Source: a candidate division WOR-3 bacterium (GTDB lineage: Bacteria > Hydrothermota > Tepidihabitantia > Tepidihabitantales > DTDR01). From it: a stretch of DNA of 48,032 bases. Under the pieces are notes generated by a model, which worked only from the letters and a program-made list of their open reading frames with translations, did no database searches and was not told the origin of the DNA. How positions within the stretch are numbered: position 1 is the first letter of the stretch; every line of letters starts with the position of its first letter. This document shows positions 18,827 through 29,800 of the stretch, piece by piece. The position numbers and the translations under genes were made by a program. The DNA lies in NCBI GenBank assembly GCA_039801885.1, contig JBDRVN010000005.1, positions 1-48,032 on the forward strand. The letters are read 5' to 3'.

Positions 18827-21800
18827 GTGAAGAATTTATTTTAGCAGATTTTGAGGGATTGAAAATTACTTTAGCTTCTCCTGAGACTATTAGAAGCTGG
18901 TCTTATGGTGAGGTAACAAAGCCAGAAACTATTAATTACCGAACTCAAAAACCGGAGAGAGATGGATTATTTTGTGAGAGAATATTTGGACCGGTTCGTG
19001 ATTACGAATGTAATTGTGGAAAATATAAGAAAATAAGATTTAAAGGAACAATTTGTGATAGGTGTGGTGTGGAGGTGACTACTTCTTTAGTAAGAAGAGA
19101 AAGAATGGGGCATATTGAATTAGCCGCGCCAGTAGCTCATTTTCTTTTCTATCAAGTACCTCCTTCTAAAATGGGGTTATTATTAGATTATACAATTAAC
19201 GAAATTCAGAGTATTTTAAATTATCAGGTGTATATAGTTTTGGAACAGGGGGATTCTCCTTATCACTTTAAAGATTTAATTGAAGAGGGTGAGTATTTAG
19301 AAAAAAGAAAGAAATTCGAAGGGCTTATTGCAGCTACCGGTGCTGAAGCATTAGAAGAACTTTTAAAAAGAATCGACTTAGATAAATTAGCAGCTGAATT
19401 AAAAGCAAGAATAATTCACGAAGAGTCACGGCGTTTTCAGCTATTAAGAAGATTGCAGATAGTTGAAGCTTTTAAAAACTCTGGGACCAAACCGGAATGG
19501 ATGATACTTCATGTAATACCTGTTATTCCTCCTGATTTACGTCCTCTAGTTACTTTAGAAGGTGGAAGATATGCAAGTGCTGATTTGAATGATTTATATA
19601 AAAGAGTAATTGTTCGAAATAATCGATTAAAACAACTTTTAAGTACTAAAACTCCTGATGTAATTCTAAAGTATGAAAAAAGATTACTTCAAGAAATAGT
19701 AGATGCTTTATTTAGCAACGAAAGTAAACCAAATTCAATAATTGGAAAACAAAATCGTCCATTGAAATCTTTGTGCGAATCTCTTCGCGGAAAACAAGGA
19801 AGATTTAGAAGGAATCTTTTAGGGAAAAGGGTTGATTATTCTGGTCGCTCAGTAATCGTTGTTGATCCAACCTTAAAACTTCATCAATGTGCTTTACCTA
19901 AAGAAATGGCGTATGAATTATTTAAACCAATGGTAATGAGAAAATTAGAAGAAATGAAAGTAGCCGATACTCAAAAAACTGCTAAGGCGTTATATAAAAA
20001 AGCTTCACCGGAAGTTTGGGAAGCTCTTGTTGAAGTTACTAAAAATCATCCAGTACTTTTGAATCGCGCTCCTACTCTTCATCGTGTTTCTATTCAAGCT
20101 TTCTATCCGGTTTTAGTTGAACATCGTGCTATCGGAATCCATCCATTAGTTTGTCCGCCTTTTAATGCTGATTTCGATGGCGATACAATGTCTTGTCATG
20201 TGCCATTAACACCAGAAGCTATTTTAGAATCATCTACTCTTTTACTCTCTTGTAATAATATTCTTTCACCCGCTCATGGGAAACCTTTGATGACCCCCAG
20301 TCAAGATATTGTGGCAGGAATTTATTTTATTACCAAAGAGCACCCTCAAGCACCGGAAATTAAAAGAATTTACGATGATTTTTCAGAAATAATAAGTGGT
20401 TACGAATTGGGAGAATTTTCAATTCATACTAAAATAAAATTTCGTTATAAGGAGGAAATTTATGATACTACTGTGGGTCGAGTAATATTGAATGAAATTT
20501 TACCGGAAGAGCTTCGATTTGTAAATGAAGTATTAAATAAAGATAAATTGAATGAATTAGTTGATAAATGTTATCGAAAATTAGGAAGTAAAAGGACAGT
20601 TCAACTTCTCGACGATTTAAAAGATTTAGGATTTGAAAAGGCAACTCGAGCAGGTATATCGTTGGGTATAAATGACATTATTGTGCCAAAAGAGAAGGAA
20701 AAAATTATTAAAGAGGCAGAAATAGAAGCCAGGAAAGTATTAGAGAAACATCGAAAGGGATATATTTCTGATTCTGAACGATACAATATGATAGTAACAA
20801 TTTGGAATAATGCAACTCAGGAGATTGAAAACAAATTAATGGAAGAGCTAGAGAAATCTCAAAATGGTTTTAACCCGCTTTTTTTACTTATTGATTCTGG
20901 TGCCCGTGGTTCTAAAGCTCAAGCTGTACAAATAGGAGGTATGCGAGGTTTGATGGCGAAACCTCAAAGAGGAGGTGAAGGTGAAGAAGTGATTGAGACG
21001 CCAATAAAAAGTTCTTTCCAAGAAGGTTTATCCGTTTGGGAATATTTTATTTCAACCCGTGGAGGAAGAAAGGGATTAACTGATACTGCTTTAAAAACTG
21101 CGGAAGCCGGTTATCTTACCAGAAGGTTGGTTGATGTTGCTCAAGAGGTAGTGATTACTATGGAGGATTGCGGCACAATTTTAAAACAAGAAATAACTCC
21201 ATTGAAAGAGGGTGGCGATATTATTGAATCTTTATCAGAAAGAATTATTGGTAGAATTGCCGCGGAAGATATTGTTAACCCAATTACTAAAGAAATAATT
21301 GTAAAAGAAGGTGAAGAAATAGATGAAGATAAAGCGAAAGAAATTGAGGAGTGTGGAATCGAAAAAGTTGCTGTTCGTTCTGTTTTGACTTGTCAGGCAC
21401 CAAATGGATTATGCGCAAAATGTTATGGAAGGAATTTAGCAACTGGGAAATTAGTTGATGTAGGAGAAGCAGTTGGGATAATTGCTGCTCAGTCAATCGG
21501 AGAGCCGGGAACCCAGTTAACGTTAAGAACTTTTCATGTAGGTGGGATGGCTACTCATATGGTTGAGCAAAATAAAGCAACAGCAAGATTTCCAGGGAAA
21601 ATAACTTACCGGGAATTAAAAGTTTCTATTAGGAGTGACAGACAAACTGTGGCATTAAATCGAGGCGAAATTGAACTTTCCGAAAATGGTAGAAAAATTA
21701 TTTATGAGGTACCAGAGGGTGCTATTATTAAAGTGGAAAACGGTACTTTTGTTAAAGAGGAGGAGGTTTTATTTGAATGGGAACCTTATTCCATTTTAAT

Positions 21801-22830
21801 TATTGCCAAAAAAGAGGGAGAAATAAGATATAAAGATATTGAATTAGGAAGAACGCTTCAAGAAGATATTGATGAGCGGGTAGGAAGAAAAGAAAAACGG
21901 ATTATCGAAGATAGAGAGAAAGAGAAACATCCACAATTAGAAATCGTCAATGAAGATGGCAAGGTGGTTGAGGTTCGAGAATTACCTAACGATGCTTACT
22001 TAGTGGTAGAAAATGGTCAAAAAGTAAAACCAGGCGATATTTTAGCAAGATTAGTAAGGGAAGTAATAAGAGCCAAAGATATTACAGGCGGATTGCCTAA
22101 AGTAGCTGAATTATTCGAAGCGAAAAGAGTCAAAGATCCGGCGGTAATAAGTGAAATCGACGGACGGGTTGAAGTATCTTCACCTTATATGGGAATGAGG
22201 GTAATAAAAGTAATTGCGGAAGATAATAAAACAGAAAGAAGTTATAAAATTCCTTACGGTAGATATCTTTTGGTAAAAACAGGCGATATTGTGAAAGCGG
22301 GTGATAAATTATGCGAAGGTGAAGTGGATCCTCACGATGTATTAAAAGTGAAAGGATGGATGGCGGTCCAAGAATTCTTGACTAATCGGATTCAAGAGGT
22401 TTATCGGTTACAAAATGTTAAAATTAATGATAAACATATTTCGGTAATTGTGCGTCAAATGTTAAAGAAGGTAAAAATTGAAGATTCTGGAGATAGTAAT
22501 TTTATGGAAGGTCAAATCGTTGATGCTCAAAAAGTGGATTGGGAAAACCAAAAGTTGGTAGCCGAACATAAAAAGCCAGCGAAATATACTAGGATTATTT
22601 TAGGTATTACGAGAGCCTCTTTGTTAACCGATAGTTGGCTTTCTGCAGCTTCTTTTCAAGAAACAACGCGGGTAATTTCTGAAGCTGCAATCGATGGAAA
22701 AGTTGATTATTTAAAAGGACTGAAAGAAAATGTAATTGTTGGTAGGTTGATTCCAGCAGGAACAGGTTTTCGCGAATTTAAGAAAATTAAAGTGATTACA
22801 AAAATTGAAGAAATTAAGGAGGTTGGTTAA
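18823..22830 (+). CDS. rpoC: RNA polymerase beta-prime subunit
   Basis: [17 protein letters not shown] active site, [16 protein letters not shown]. Confidence 0.99.
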   Translation: MSEEFILADFEGLKITLASPETIRSWSYGEVTKPETINYRTQKPERDGLFCERIFGPVRDYECNCGKYKKIRFKGTICDRCGVEVTTSLVRRERMGHIELAAPVAHFLFYQVPPSKMGLLLDYTINEIQSILNYQVYIVLEQGDSPYHFKDLIEEGEYLEKRKKFEGLIAATGAEALEELLKRIDLDKLAAELKARIIHEESRRFQLLRRLQIVEAFKNSGTKPEWMILHVIPVIPPDLRPLVTLEGGRYASADLNDLYKRVIVRNNRLKQLLSTKTPDVILKYEKRLLQEIVDALFSNESKPNSIIGKQNRPLKSLCESLRGKQGRFRRNLLGKRVDYSGRSVIVVDPTLKLHQCALPKEMAYELFKPMVMRKLEEMKVADTQKTAKALYKKASPEVWEALVEVTKNHPVLLNRAPTLHRVSIQAFYPVLVEHRAIGIHPLVCPPFNADFDGDTMSCHVPLTPEAILESSTLLLSCNNILSPAHGKPLMTPSQDIVAGIYFITKEHPQAPEIKRIYDDFSEIISGYELGEFSIHTKIKFRYKEEIYDTTVGRVILNEILPEELRFVNEVLNKDKLNELVDKCYRKLGSKRTVQLLDDLKDLGFEKATRAGISLGINDIIVPKEKEKIIKEAEIEARKVLEKHRKGYISDSERYNMIVTIWNNATQEIENKLMEELEKSQNGFNPLFLLIDSGARGSKAQAVQIGGMRGLMAKPQRGGEGEEVIETPIKSSFQEGLSVWEYFISTRGGRKGLTDTALKTAEAGYLTRRLVDVAQEVVITMEDCGTILKQEITPLKEGGDIIESLSERIIGRIAAEDIVNPITKEIIVKEGEEIDEDKAKEIEECGIEKVAVRSVLTCQAPNGLCAKCYGRNLATGKLVDVGEAVGIIAAQSIGEPGTQLTLRTFHVGGMATHMVEQNKATARFPGKITYRELKVSIRSDRQTVALNRGEIELSENGRKIIYEVPEGAIIKVENGTFVKEEEVLFEWEPYSILIIAKKEGEIRYKDIELGRTLQEDIDERVGRKEKRIIEDREKEKHPQLEIVNEDGKVVEVRELPNDAYLVVENGQKVKPGDILARLVREVIRAKDITGGLPKVAELFEAKRVKDPAVISEIDGRVEVSSPYMGMRVIKVIAEDNKTERSYKIPYGRYLLVKTGDIVKAGDKLCEGEVDPHDVLKVKGWMAVQEFLTNRIQEVYRLQNVKINDKHISVIVRQMLKKVKIEDSGDSNFMEGQIVDAQKVDWENQKLVAEHKKPAKYTRIILGITRASLLTDSWLSAASFQETTRVISEAAIDGKVDYLKGLKENVIVGRLIPAGTGFREFKKIKVITKIEEIKEVG

Positions 22831-23213
22831 TGCCAACAATTAATCAATTAGTTAAAAAGGGAAGAAAAAAGGTAAAGAAAAAAAGTAAAGCTCCTGCTCT
22901 TATGGGATGTCCCCAAAAAAGGGGAGTATGTATTCGCGTTTATACCACTACTCCCAAAAAACCCAATTCAGCATTAAGAAAAGTCTGTAAGGTGAGATTT
23001 AGTAATGGTTACGAAGTAATTGCTTATATTCCTGGAGAAGGACATAATTTACAAGAGCATTCGATTGTTTTAATTCGTGGCGGAAGGGTGAAAGATTTAC
23101 CGGGTGTAAGATATCATGTAATAAGAGGAGTTTATGATTGTGCCGGTGTGGAGGGACGACGGCAAAGTCGTTCCCTTTACGGTGCCAAAAGACCCAAAGA
23201 AACTAAAACATGA
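22830..23213 (+). CDS. rpsL: 30S ribosomal protein S12
   Basis: [32 protein letters not shown]. Confidence 0.99.
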   Translation: MPTINQLVKKGRKKVKKKSKAPALMGCPQKRGVCIRVYTTTPKKPNSALRKVCKVRFSNGYEVIAYIPGEGHNLQEHSIVLIRGGRVKDLPGVRYHVIRGVYDCAGVEGRRQSRSLYGAKRPKETKT

Positions 23214-23221
23214 GGTGAAAA

Positions 23222-23692
23222 ATGGCACGGAGAAAGAAAGCAGAAGTAAAAGAAATTTTACCAGATCCAGTATATAATTCAGTGCTTGTTCAGAAGTTTA
23301 TTAATAATTTAATGTGGGCGGGTAAAAAGACAGTTGCCCAAAAAATTTTCTACGGTTCGTTAGAACTAATTAAAAAGAAAACAGGCGAAGAAGGTTACAA
23401 TGTTTTTTTAAAAGCAATTAACAATGTAAAACCGGTTTTAGAAGTAAGACCAAGAAGAGTTGGTGGCGCAACCTATCAGATTCCGGTAGAAGTTTCTCCC
23501 CGAAGAAAGGAATCTTTAGCAATTAAATGGATTATTCAAGCAGCAAGAGAAAGAAATGAATACCAAATGGTAGAGAGATTAGCTAATGAATTAATAGATG
23601 CCTCTAAAGGTGCCGGTCAAGCGGTAAAGACTAAAGAAACTACCCATAAAATGGCAGAAGCTAATCGGGCTTTTGCTCATTTTCGCTGGTAG
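23222..23692 (+). CDS. rpsG: 30S ribosomal protein S7
   Basis: RRVGGATYQIPVEV, HKMAEANRAFAHFRW. Confidence 0.99.
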   Translation: MARRKKAEVKEILPDPVYNSVLVQKFINNLMWAGKKTVAQKIFYGSLELIKKKTGEEGYNVFLKAINNVKPVLEVRPRRVGGATYQIPVEVSPRRKESLAIKWIIQAARERNEYQMVERLANELIDASKGAGQAVKTKETTHKMAEANRAFAHFRW

Positions 23693-23698
23693 TAATTA

Positions 23699-24283
23699 TT
23701 GAAAACCCTAATTATAAACTTTTACCCGTCTCAAAAAAAAGAGAGAATACTTCCTTACATTGATTTAATAAAAGATTTTAGTAATTATCAAATAATTTCT
23801 GAAAATGAATTCAATTTAAGTTTCCTAAAAAATTTAAATTCTATTATTCTCTCTGGTTCACCAAAGATGCTCTCACAGAATGAGTTTAATAAAGATATCT
23901 TAGAGATATTGAAGGAAGTCGAAATTCCTATTTTAGGAATTTGCTACGGACATCAACTTTTAGCAAAAACTTTTGGTGGCGAGATTGGACGACATCCGGA
24001 AATCATTGAAAGAGACGAAGAAATATTTATTTTAGATAAAAAGGATATATTTTATAATTTAGCAGATAAAATTATTGCTAAGGAATCTCATCAAGAATAT
24101 GTAATAAAATCGTCTTTAGAAAAAAATGATTTAGAAGTTATTGCTTTCTCTAAAAGTTGCGAGGTTGAAGCCATTAGACATAGAAAGAAGAAAAGTTTTG
24201 GACTTCAATTTCACATCGAACGATCAGGAGATATTGGTTATAAAATAATTAAAAATTTTTACCAAAGAATAGTTAAATATTGA
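23699..24283 (+). CDS. Stand-alone class I glutamine amidotransferase (GMP synthase subunit A-like)
   Basis: IILSGSP, GICYGHQ (catalytic Cys), QFHIE (His-x-Glu); TTG start. Confidence 0.85.
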   Translation: MKTLIINFYPSQKKERILPYIDLIKDFSNYQIISENEFNLSFLKNLNSIILSGSPKMLSQNEFNKDILEILKEVEIPILGICYGHQLLAKTFGGEIGRHPEIIERDEEIFILDKKDIFYNLADKIIAKESHQEYVIKSSLEKNDLEVIAFSKSCEVEAIRHRKKKSFGLQFHIERSGDIGYKIIKNFYQRIVKY

Positions 24284-24308
24284 CAATTTATAAAAATTTG
24301 ATTATAAT
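24280..24308 (+). promoter_or_regulatory. sigma70-type promoter, leaderless-type
   Basis: TTGACA-17-TATAAT (exact consensus), 5 nt before ATG 24314. Confidence 0.75.
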
Positions 24309-24313
24309 TATAT

Positions 24314-25255
24314 ATGGTAATAAAAAGAATAATATTAATTTTAATAGCCTTTTTAATTATTGGTCTTTCTTTATTTAATTTTCAAAATTATCAAAGATTA
24401 AACTTTTATAATGAAAAATTTTTAAAAGAAAAGAATGAACTTACTAAAGAAATCTTTTTATTAAAAGAAATTGCTATCAATTTAGAAAAATTTCGACTTT
24501 TCTTTGAGTCTATTTATTTAGATCAAATAAAAGAATTAATAAAAGAAAGCAAAATTCTAAGGGATAGCAGTTTTAATTTATTTCTTAATAATCTAAATTA
24601 TTTAATCCAGCCTTCCAAAATTAAAAAAAATGATTTAACAATTTTTATTAATTTTCGTGAATGGTTGAAGGGGAAAGAAATAAATTTAATTAAAGAGGTG
24701 GCTAAATTAGAAATAGATTATGATACTATCAAAAGACAAAAAACCAAAGAATTATATTTTGTTAATGGGATAATTATTTTGGGATTATTTATTTTAATAG
24801 TGTTAACGAATATCTTTTTGCCTTTTGGGAAAAAGAAAGAGAAAATTTTTAACAATTATTTTTCCTTGTTGGAACTTTTAAAAATTGTTAAAGAAAAAAC
24901 AGAGAAATATTTAGAAAAAATAAATTTTTGGGAAAATAGACTAAAAGAGTTTCAAAAACCTTTAGAGGATACTAAGAATTTAGAGGTTCTTAATAATTAT
25001 AAAAAAATTTTTACTTATTATTTCCTTAATCTCCAATTAAGCTTGTTACAGAATGATCAATTATTGATAAATAAATATTTTACTGATTTTCGGGAGATGA
25101 GCGAAAAAATTGTTAATTTACTCTCAACAAATAATAAAGAAAAATTAATTACCTATTTTCAAGAAAGTGAGGAAGAATTGAATCTTTTTAAAGAAGAATT
25201 AATTAATTTAAAGAATATAATTGGTGAAATCAAAAATTACGAAATAAAAAAATGA
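24314..25255 (+). CDS. Two-TM membrane protein with cytoplasmic coiled coil; possible degenerate chemoreceptor
   Basis: TM at about aa 5-22 and aa 147-170, helical segment between them, helical C-terminus; overlaps cheW by ATGA. Confidence 0.5.
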   Translation: MVIKRIILILIAFLIIGLSLFNFQNYQRLNFYNEKFLKEKNELTKEIFLLKEIAINLEKFRLFFESIYLDQIKELIKESKILRDSSFNLFLNNLNYLIQPSKIKKNDLTIFINFREWLKGKEINLIKEVAKLEIDYDTIKRQKTKELYFVNGIIILGLFILIVLTNIFLPFGKKKEKIFNNYFSLLELLKIVKEKTEKYLEKINFWENRLKEFQKPLEDTKNLEVLNNYKKIFTYYFLNLQLSLLQNDQLLINKYFTDFREMSEKIVNLLSTNNKEKLITYFQESEEELNLFKEELINLKNIIGEIKNYEIKK

Positions 25256-25710
25256 TTATTGAAAAAGGAGCCTTTTTGGTTTGTGAAATTGGCGAAGATA
25301 AAATAGCATTGCCTATTTATGGGATAAAAGAAATTTTATGGGATATAAAAGTCTATCCTTTGCCAAAAGTTTCTGAATATATCATTGGTATTCTTGCGGA
25401 AGAAAAAAAATTAGCAGTAGTAATTGATTTGGCAAAATTCTTTAATATTAAAGAAGAGGCTGCTAAAAATATTTTTCTAAAAATTAAAATAAATGAGCAG
25501 TTAGTTTTTTTAGCAATAAAAGATGTGAAAGAAATTTTAGAAGTAAAAGAAGGGGAAATTTATCCTTGTCCACCATTATTTTCTTCCAACATTCCAAATT
25601 ATTATATTATCGGTCTAATAAAAAAAGAAGAAGCATTTATTCCGATTATTGAAATAACAAAAATTCTTGACCACGAAGAGATAAAGCCATTTATTTCTAT
25701 TGGTAAATAA
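25252..25710 (+). CDS. cheW: CheW-like coupling protein
   Basis: ALPI..IKEI, YPLPKVSEYIIGI, VIDLAKFF, V.EI..V...I.P.P pattern of CheW. Confidence 0.75.
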   Translation: MIIEKGAFLVCEIGEDKIALPIYGIKEILWDIKVYPLPKVSEYIIGILAEEKKLAVVIDLAKFFNIKEEAAKNIFLKIKINEQLVFLAIKDVKEILEVKEGEIYPCPPLFSSNIPNYYIIGLIKKEEAFIPIIEITKILDHEEIKPFISIGK

Positions 25711-25743
25711 TTTTAGTATTTTTTAGCATTTTACTTTCTTCAC

Positions 25744-25771
25744 TTGACTTTTAAAAAGATTTTATTATAAT
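25744..25771 (+). promoter_or_regulatory. Promoter of the rplM operon
   Basis: TTGACT-16-TATAAT, 10 nt before ATG 25782, no SD. Confidence 0.65.
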
Positions 25772-25781
25772 TTATAAAATT

Positions 25782-26219
25782 ATGAAAACAACAATTTTAA
25801 CGGATAAGAAAAAAGTCGAAAGAAGATGGTGGTTAATTGATGCGAAAGGAAAAATTTTGGGTAGATTAGCTTCACGCATCGCTTTTCTTTTGATGGGGAA
25901 ACATAAACCTTATTATACTCCTCATATTGATTGTGGAGATTTTGTGATTGTAATTAATGCTTCTCAAATTAAAGTTACTGGCAAAAAAGAAAAAAATAAA
26001 ATATATTATTGGCATACGGGATATCCCGGTGGTTTAAAATCAATGAGTTTTGAAGAAATTATGAAAAAGAATCCAAAGAAAGTAATAGAATTGGCAGTAA
26101 AAAGAATGTTGCCAAAAAATCGCTTGAGAAAATTTCGATTGAAAAGATTAAAAATTTATTTAAATGAAAAACATTTTCATGAAGCGCAAAGAGATTTAAT
26201 TATTGAGATAAAAGTATGA
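25782..26219 (+). CDS. rplM: 50S ribosomal protein L13
   Basis: LGRLAS, GKHKPYYTPHIDCGD, HTGYPGG. Confidence 0.99.
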   Translation: MKTTILTDKKKVERRWWLIDAKGKILGRLASRIAFLLMGKHKPYYTPHIDCGDFVIVINASQIKVTGKKEKNKIYYWHTGYPGGLKSMSFEEIMKKNPKKVIELAVKRMLPKNRLRKFRLKRLKIYLNEKHFHEAQRDLIIEIKV

Positions 26220-26617
26220 ATCAAGTTTATTTTGCCTCGGGTAGTAGAAAAGAAGGAGTAGCAAAAGTATGGCTTTATCCTAAAACAAATAATGATAATT
26301 GGAAATTTATGGTCAATAATCAACCAATCGAAAAATATTTTGGTCGTTTTGATTTGGTGTTATTAGCCCAACAGCCATTAAAAGTTACAAATCTTCTTGG
26401 ACAGTTTGATGTGAAATGTGAAGTAAAAGGCGGTGGTAAGTCAGGTCAAGCAAGTGCGATTTCTTTAGGGATTGCACGTGCTTTGGTGGATTATCAACCA
26501 GAATTGAGAAAAATACTTTCAGACGCAGGATTATTAAAAAGAGATCCGCGAGAAAAAGAAAGATGTAAATACGGTTTAGCAAAAAGGAGGAAGAGATTTC
26601 AATGGACCAAACGTTAA
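26216..26617 (+). CDS. rpsI: 30S ribosomal protein S9
   Basis: GGGKSGQA, RDPREKER.KYG, FQWTKR. Confidence 0.98.
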   Translation: MNQVYFASGSRKEGVAKVWLYPKTNNDNWKFMVNNQPIEKYFGRFDLVLLAQQPLKVTNLLGQFDVKCEVKGGGKSGQASAISLGIARALVDYQPELRKILSDAGLLKRDPREKERCKYGLAKRRKRFQWTKR

Positions 26618-27269
26618 CTATTAAAGAATTATTGGAAGCCGGTATTCATTTTGGTCATCTATCTAAAAGATGGAACCCCAGGATGGCTCCTTTTATTTAT
26701 GGAAAAAAGAACGGTGTTTATATAATTAATGTTGAAAAAACTTTTGAGCGATTAAAAATAGCTTACGAAGCAGTAAGGAGAGTAGCAGAAAAGGGAGAGG
26801 ATATTTTATTTATTGGACGGAAACAGCAGGCAAAACCAATAATTGAAGAAGAGGCAAATAGATGTAAAGCGCTTTATGTTAATGAAAGATGGGTTGGTGG
26901 TCTTTTAACTAATTTTTCTGTTATAAGTTCTCGAATTATCCGATATTTAGAATTGGAAAAAAAATTTCAAGAAAAAGATTTTAAAAATTTGGGTAATAAG
27001 GAAATAAGAAAGTTGGAAAGAGAATTCATAAAATTAGAAAAATTTTATAAGGGATTAAGAGAGATGGAGCGACTGCCAGGAATTATTTATGTTGTTGATG
27101 TCCAATAGTTGCTTTGGTAGATACTGATGGTGACCCAACTTTGGTAGATTATCCAATCCCAGGAAATGATGATGCAATGCGTTCCATAAAATTAATTACC
27201 TCCCAAATTGCTGATGCGGTAATTGAGGGTAGAAAAATTTTTGAGCAAGAATTAAAGGAGGAAATATGA
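26602..27269 (+). pseudogene. rpsB: 30S ribosomal protein S2, interrupted by an internal deletion and frameshift near 27102
   Basis: Frame 1 (LLEAGIHFGH..WNP...YVVDVQ) stops at 27108. The -1 frame 27102-27269 reads [12 protein letters not shown]...[13 protein letters not shown]. About 15 conserved residues are missing between them. Confidence 0.9.
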
Positions 27270-27862
27270 AAGATATTCCTATTGAAAAAATTAAAGAACT
27301 GCGACAAAGAACTGGTTCAGGAATTTTAGATTGTAAACAGGCATTAATAGAGGCTAATGGAGATATTGAAAAAGCAATAGAAATTTTAAGAAAAAAAGGA
27401 ATTGCAAAAGCAGAAAAGAAATTAGAGCGACCTACTGCTGAGGGAGTAGTGGAGGCATATATTCATCCTGGTGAAAAGTTAGGGGTATTAGTAGAAGTAA
27501 CTTGCGAAACTGATTTTGTTGCTCGTAATCAAGAGTTCAGAAGATTTGTCAGAGATATTGCAATGCAAATTGCTGCCACGGATCCGTTAGCAATAAGTCC
27601 AGAAGATTTGCCACCTCAAATTGTGGAGCGAGAAAGAAAAATTTATGAAGAACAGCTAAAAGATAGTGGTAAACCAAAAGAGGTGATTGAAAAAATAATT
27701 GAGGGAAAATTACAGAAATTTTATGAAGAAGTATGTCTTTTAAATCAATCATTCATTAAAAATCCTGAAAAAATAGTGGGAGTATATTTAAAAGAACAAA
27801 TAGCTAAATTTGGTGAAAATATAAAGATAAGAAGATTTGCCCGGTTTAAAATTGGTGAATAA
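27266..27862 (+). CDS. tsf: Elongation factor Ts (short form)
   Basis: [24 protein letters not shown]. Confidence 0.98.
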   Translation: MKDIPIEKIKELRQRTGSGILDCKQALIEANGDIEKAIEILRKKGIAKAEKKLERPTAEGVVEAYIHPGEKLGVLVEVTCETDFVARNQEFRRFVRDIAMQIAATDPLAISPEDLPPQIVERERKIYEEQLKDSGKPKEVIEKIIEGKLQKFYEEVCLLNQSFIKNPEKIVGVYLKEQIAKFGENIKIRRFARFKIGE

Positions 27863-28544
27863 ATCCCCTCCCTATCAACGAATTATCCTTAAATTAACTG
27901 GTGAAATTTGGCAAAAGGAAAAACTTTTAAAGGTTATAAGTGAAGAGATAATCGATGTGGTAGAAAATTTATTGATAAGGATTGCTATTGTAACGGGCGG
28001 TGGAAATTTTATTCGAGGGATGATTAATGATATGGGAAATCGACTTCTGGCGGATCGGATAGGAATGTTGGGAACAGTAATTAATGCGCTAATAATTGAA
28101 AACCATTTGAAAAAAAAATTACCTTGTGTTGTTTTTTCTTCTTTTTCTTGCATACCGATAGTAGAACATTATAATGTAGAAAAAGCTCAAGAAGCAATGG
28201 AAAATAGAAAGGTGATTATTTTAGCTGGCGGTACAGGAAATCCTTATTTTTCCACTGACACTGCTTGTGCTTTACGTGCCCGGGAATTAAAAGTAGACGT
28301 AATTTTAAAAGGCACAAAAGTAGCAGGAGTTTATTCAGATGATCCTTTTAAAAATAAAAATGCTAAGTTTTATAAAAAAATTACCTATGAAGAAGCGATT
28401 AAAAAAGGTTTAAAAATAATGGACCAAACTGCTTTTTTTCTTTTGAAAGAAGCAAAAATTCCTTTAATTGTTTATAACGGAATGAAAAAAAATAACTTAA
28501 AAAGGATTTTATTGGGAGAAAAAATTGGGAGTTTGATATGTTAG
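27855..28544 (+). CDS. pyrH: Uridylate kinase
   Basis: KLTGE, GGGNFIRG, DRIGMLGT, GTGNPYFSTD; start uncertain (GTG 27855 chosen). Confidence 0.93.
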   Translation: MNKSPPYQRIILKLTGEIWQKEKLLKVISEEIIDVVENLLIRIAIVTGGGNFIRGMINDMGNRLLADRIGMLGTVINALIIENHLKKKLPCVVFSSFSCIPIVEHYNVEKAQEAMENRKVIILAGGTGNPYFSTDTACALRARELKVDVILKGTKVAGVYSDDPFKNKNAKFYKKITYEEAIKKGLKIMDQTAFFLLKEAKIPLIVYNGMKKNNLKRILLGEKIGSLIC

Positions 28545-29095
28545 AAGAGATACATAAAACAACAAAAAATAAAATGCAGAAAACTTACGAATTATTAGGA
28601 CAAGAGTTAGCAAAGATTAGAACCGGACGAGCCAATCCCGCGATTTTAGATGGAATTAAAGTAGATTATTATGGTAATCCAACACCTTTAAAACAATTAG
28701 CAAACATTTATGCACCGGAACCAAGGATGTTAGTTATCCAAGTATGGGATAAAAATACGGTACCGGAAATTGAAAAAGCAATTTATAAAGCTGAATTAGG
28801 AATTACTCCCAAGGTGGAAGGCTCTTTGATAAAAATCCCTATTCCTCCCTTAACTGAAGAAAGAAGAAAAGAATTGATTAAATTATGTGCAAAACTTACC
28901 GAAGATGCCAAAGTGGCTATAAGAAATATCAGGAGAGACGCTAACGATGAAATAAAAAAGTTAGAAAAAGAGAAAAAAATTTCGGAAGATGACAGCAGGA
29001 TAGGAACCAAAAAAATTCAGGAGATTACCGATGAGTTTACTAAAAAGATAGAAGAACTTTTTAAAAAGAAAGAAAAAGAAATTTTGGAAGAATAA
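28538..29095 (+). CDS. frr: Ribosome recycling factor
   Basis: IRTGRANP, PPLTEERRK, IRNIRRD. Confidence 0.99.
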   Translation: MLEEIHKTTKNKMQKTYELLGQELAKIRTGRANPAILDGIKVDYYGNPTPLKQLANIYAPEPRMLVIQVWDKNTVPEIEKAIYKAELGITPKVEGSLIKIPIPPLTEERRKELIKLCAKLTEDAKVAIRNIRRDANDEIKKLEKEKKISEDDSRIGTKKIQEITDEFTKKIEELFKKKEKEILEE

Positions 29096-29800
29096 GTGTC
29101 CGAAAAAATTCCCGCTCATATTGCAATTATTATGGATGGTAATGGTCGATGGGCTAAAGAGAGAAATTTGCCCCGTTATTTTGGCCATCGGGCAGGTGTT
29201 GATTCAGTAAGAGAAATAGTTCGTAATTGTGCCAAATTAGGAATTAAATATTTAACTCTTTTTGTTTTTTCAACAGAAAATTGGGAAAGACCAAAAAGGG
29301 AAATTAATGCTTTGATGGATTTGTTAAAAAAATTATTAAAGAGCGAAGCCAAAGAATTAAACGAAAATAATGTACGAGTAAAAGCAATTGGTCAAATAGA
29401 GAGATTACCTAAAGAAGTTAAAAAAAATTTAGAAGAACTGATTGAATTAACAAAGAATAATACTGGTTTAACTTTAGTTCTTTCGTTGAGTTACGGTGGC
29501 CGTCAAGAAATTTTGGATGCGGTTAAAAAAATTCTGAAAAAAAATTTGGAGCCAGAAAAGCTCAACGAAGAAGAATTTAGAAAGTTCCTTTACGATCCCG
29601 AGATTCCGTATCCTGACCTTTTAATAAGAACCGGTGGAGAATATCGGATATCAAATTTTTTGCTTTTTCAATCTGCTTATACGGAATTTTATTTCACTAA
29701 AACTCTTTGGCCTGATTTTCGCGAAAAAGATTTATTATTAGCAATTGAGGACTATCAAAAAAGAAAAAGAAAATTTGGCCGGGTTTTAGAATTTGAATAA
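29096..29800 (+). CDS. uppS: Undecaprenyl diphosphate synthase (cis-prenyltransferase)
   Basis: HIAIIMDGNGRWA, FSTENWERP, IRTGGEYRISNFLL. Confidence 0.97.
   Translation: MSEKIPAHIAIIMDGNGRWAKERNLPRYFGHRAGVDSVREIVRNCAKLGIKYLTLFVFSTENWERPKREINALMDLLKKLLKSEAKELNENNVRVKAIGQIERLPKEVKKNLEELIELTKNNTGLTLVLSLSYGGRQEILDAVKKILKKNLEPEKLNEEEFRKFLYDPEIPYPDLLIRTGGEYRISNFLLFQSAYTEFYFTKTLWPDFREKDLLLAIEDYQKRKRKFGRVLEFE

Noticed and set aside
27095-27110. Programmed -1 frameshift in rpsB
   Set aside because: No slippery heptamer or stimulatory structure, and about 15 conserved residues would still be missing.
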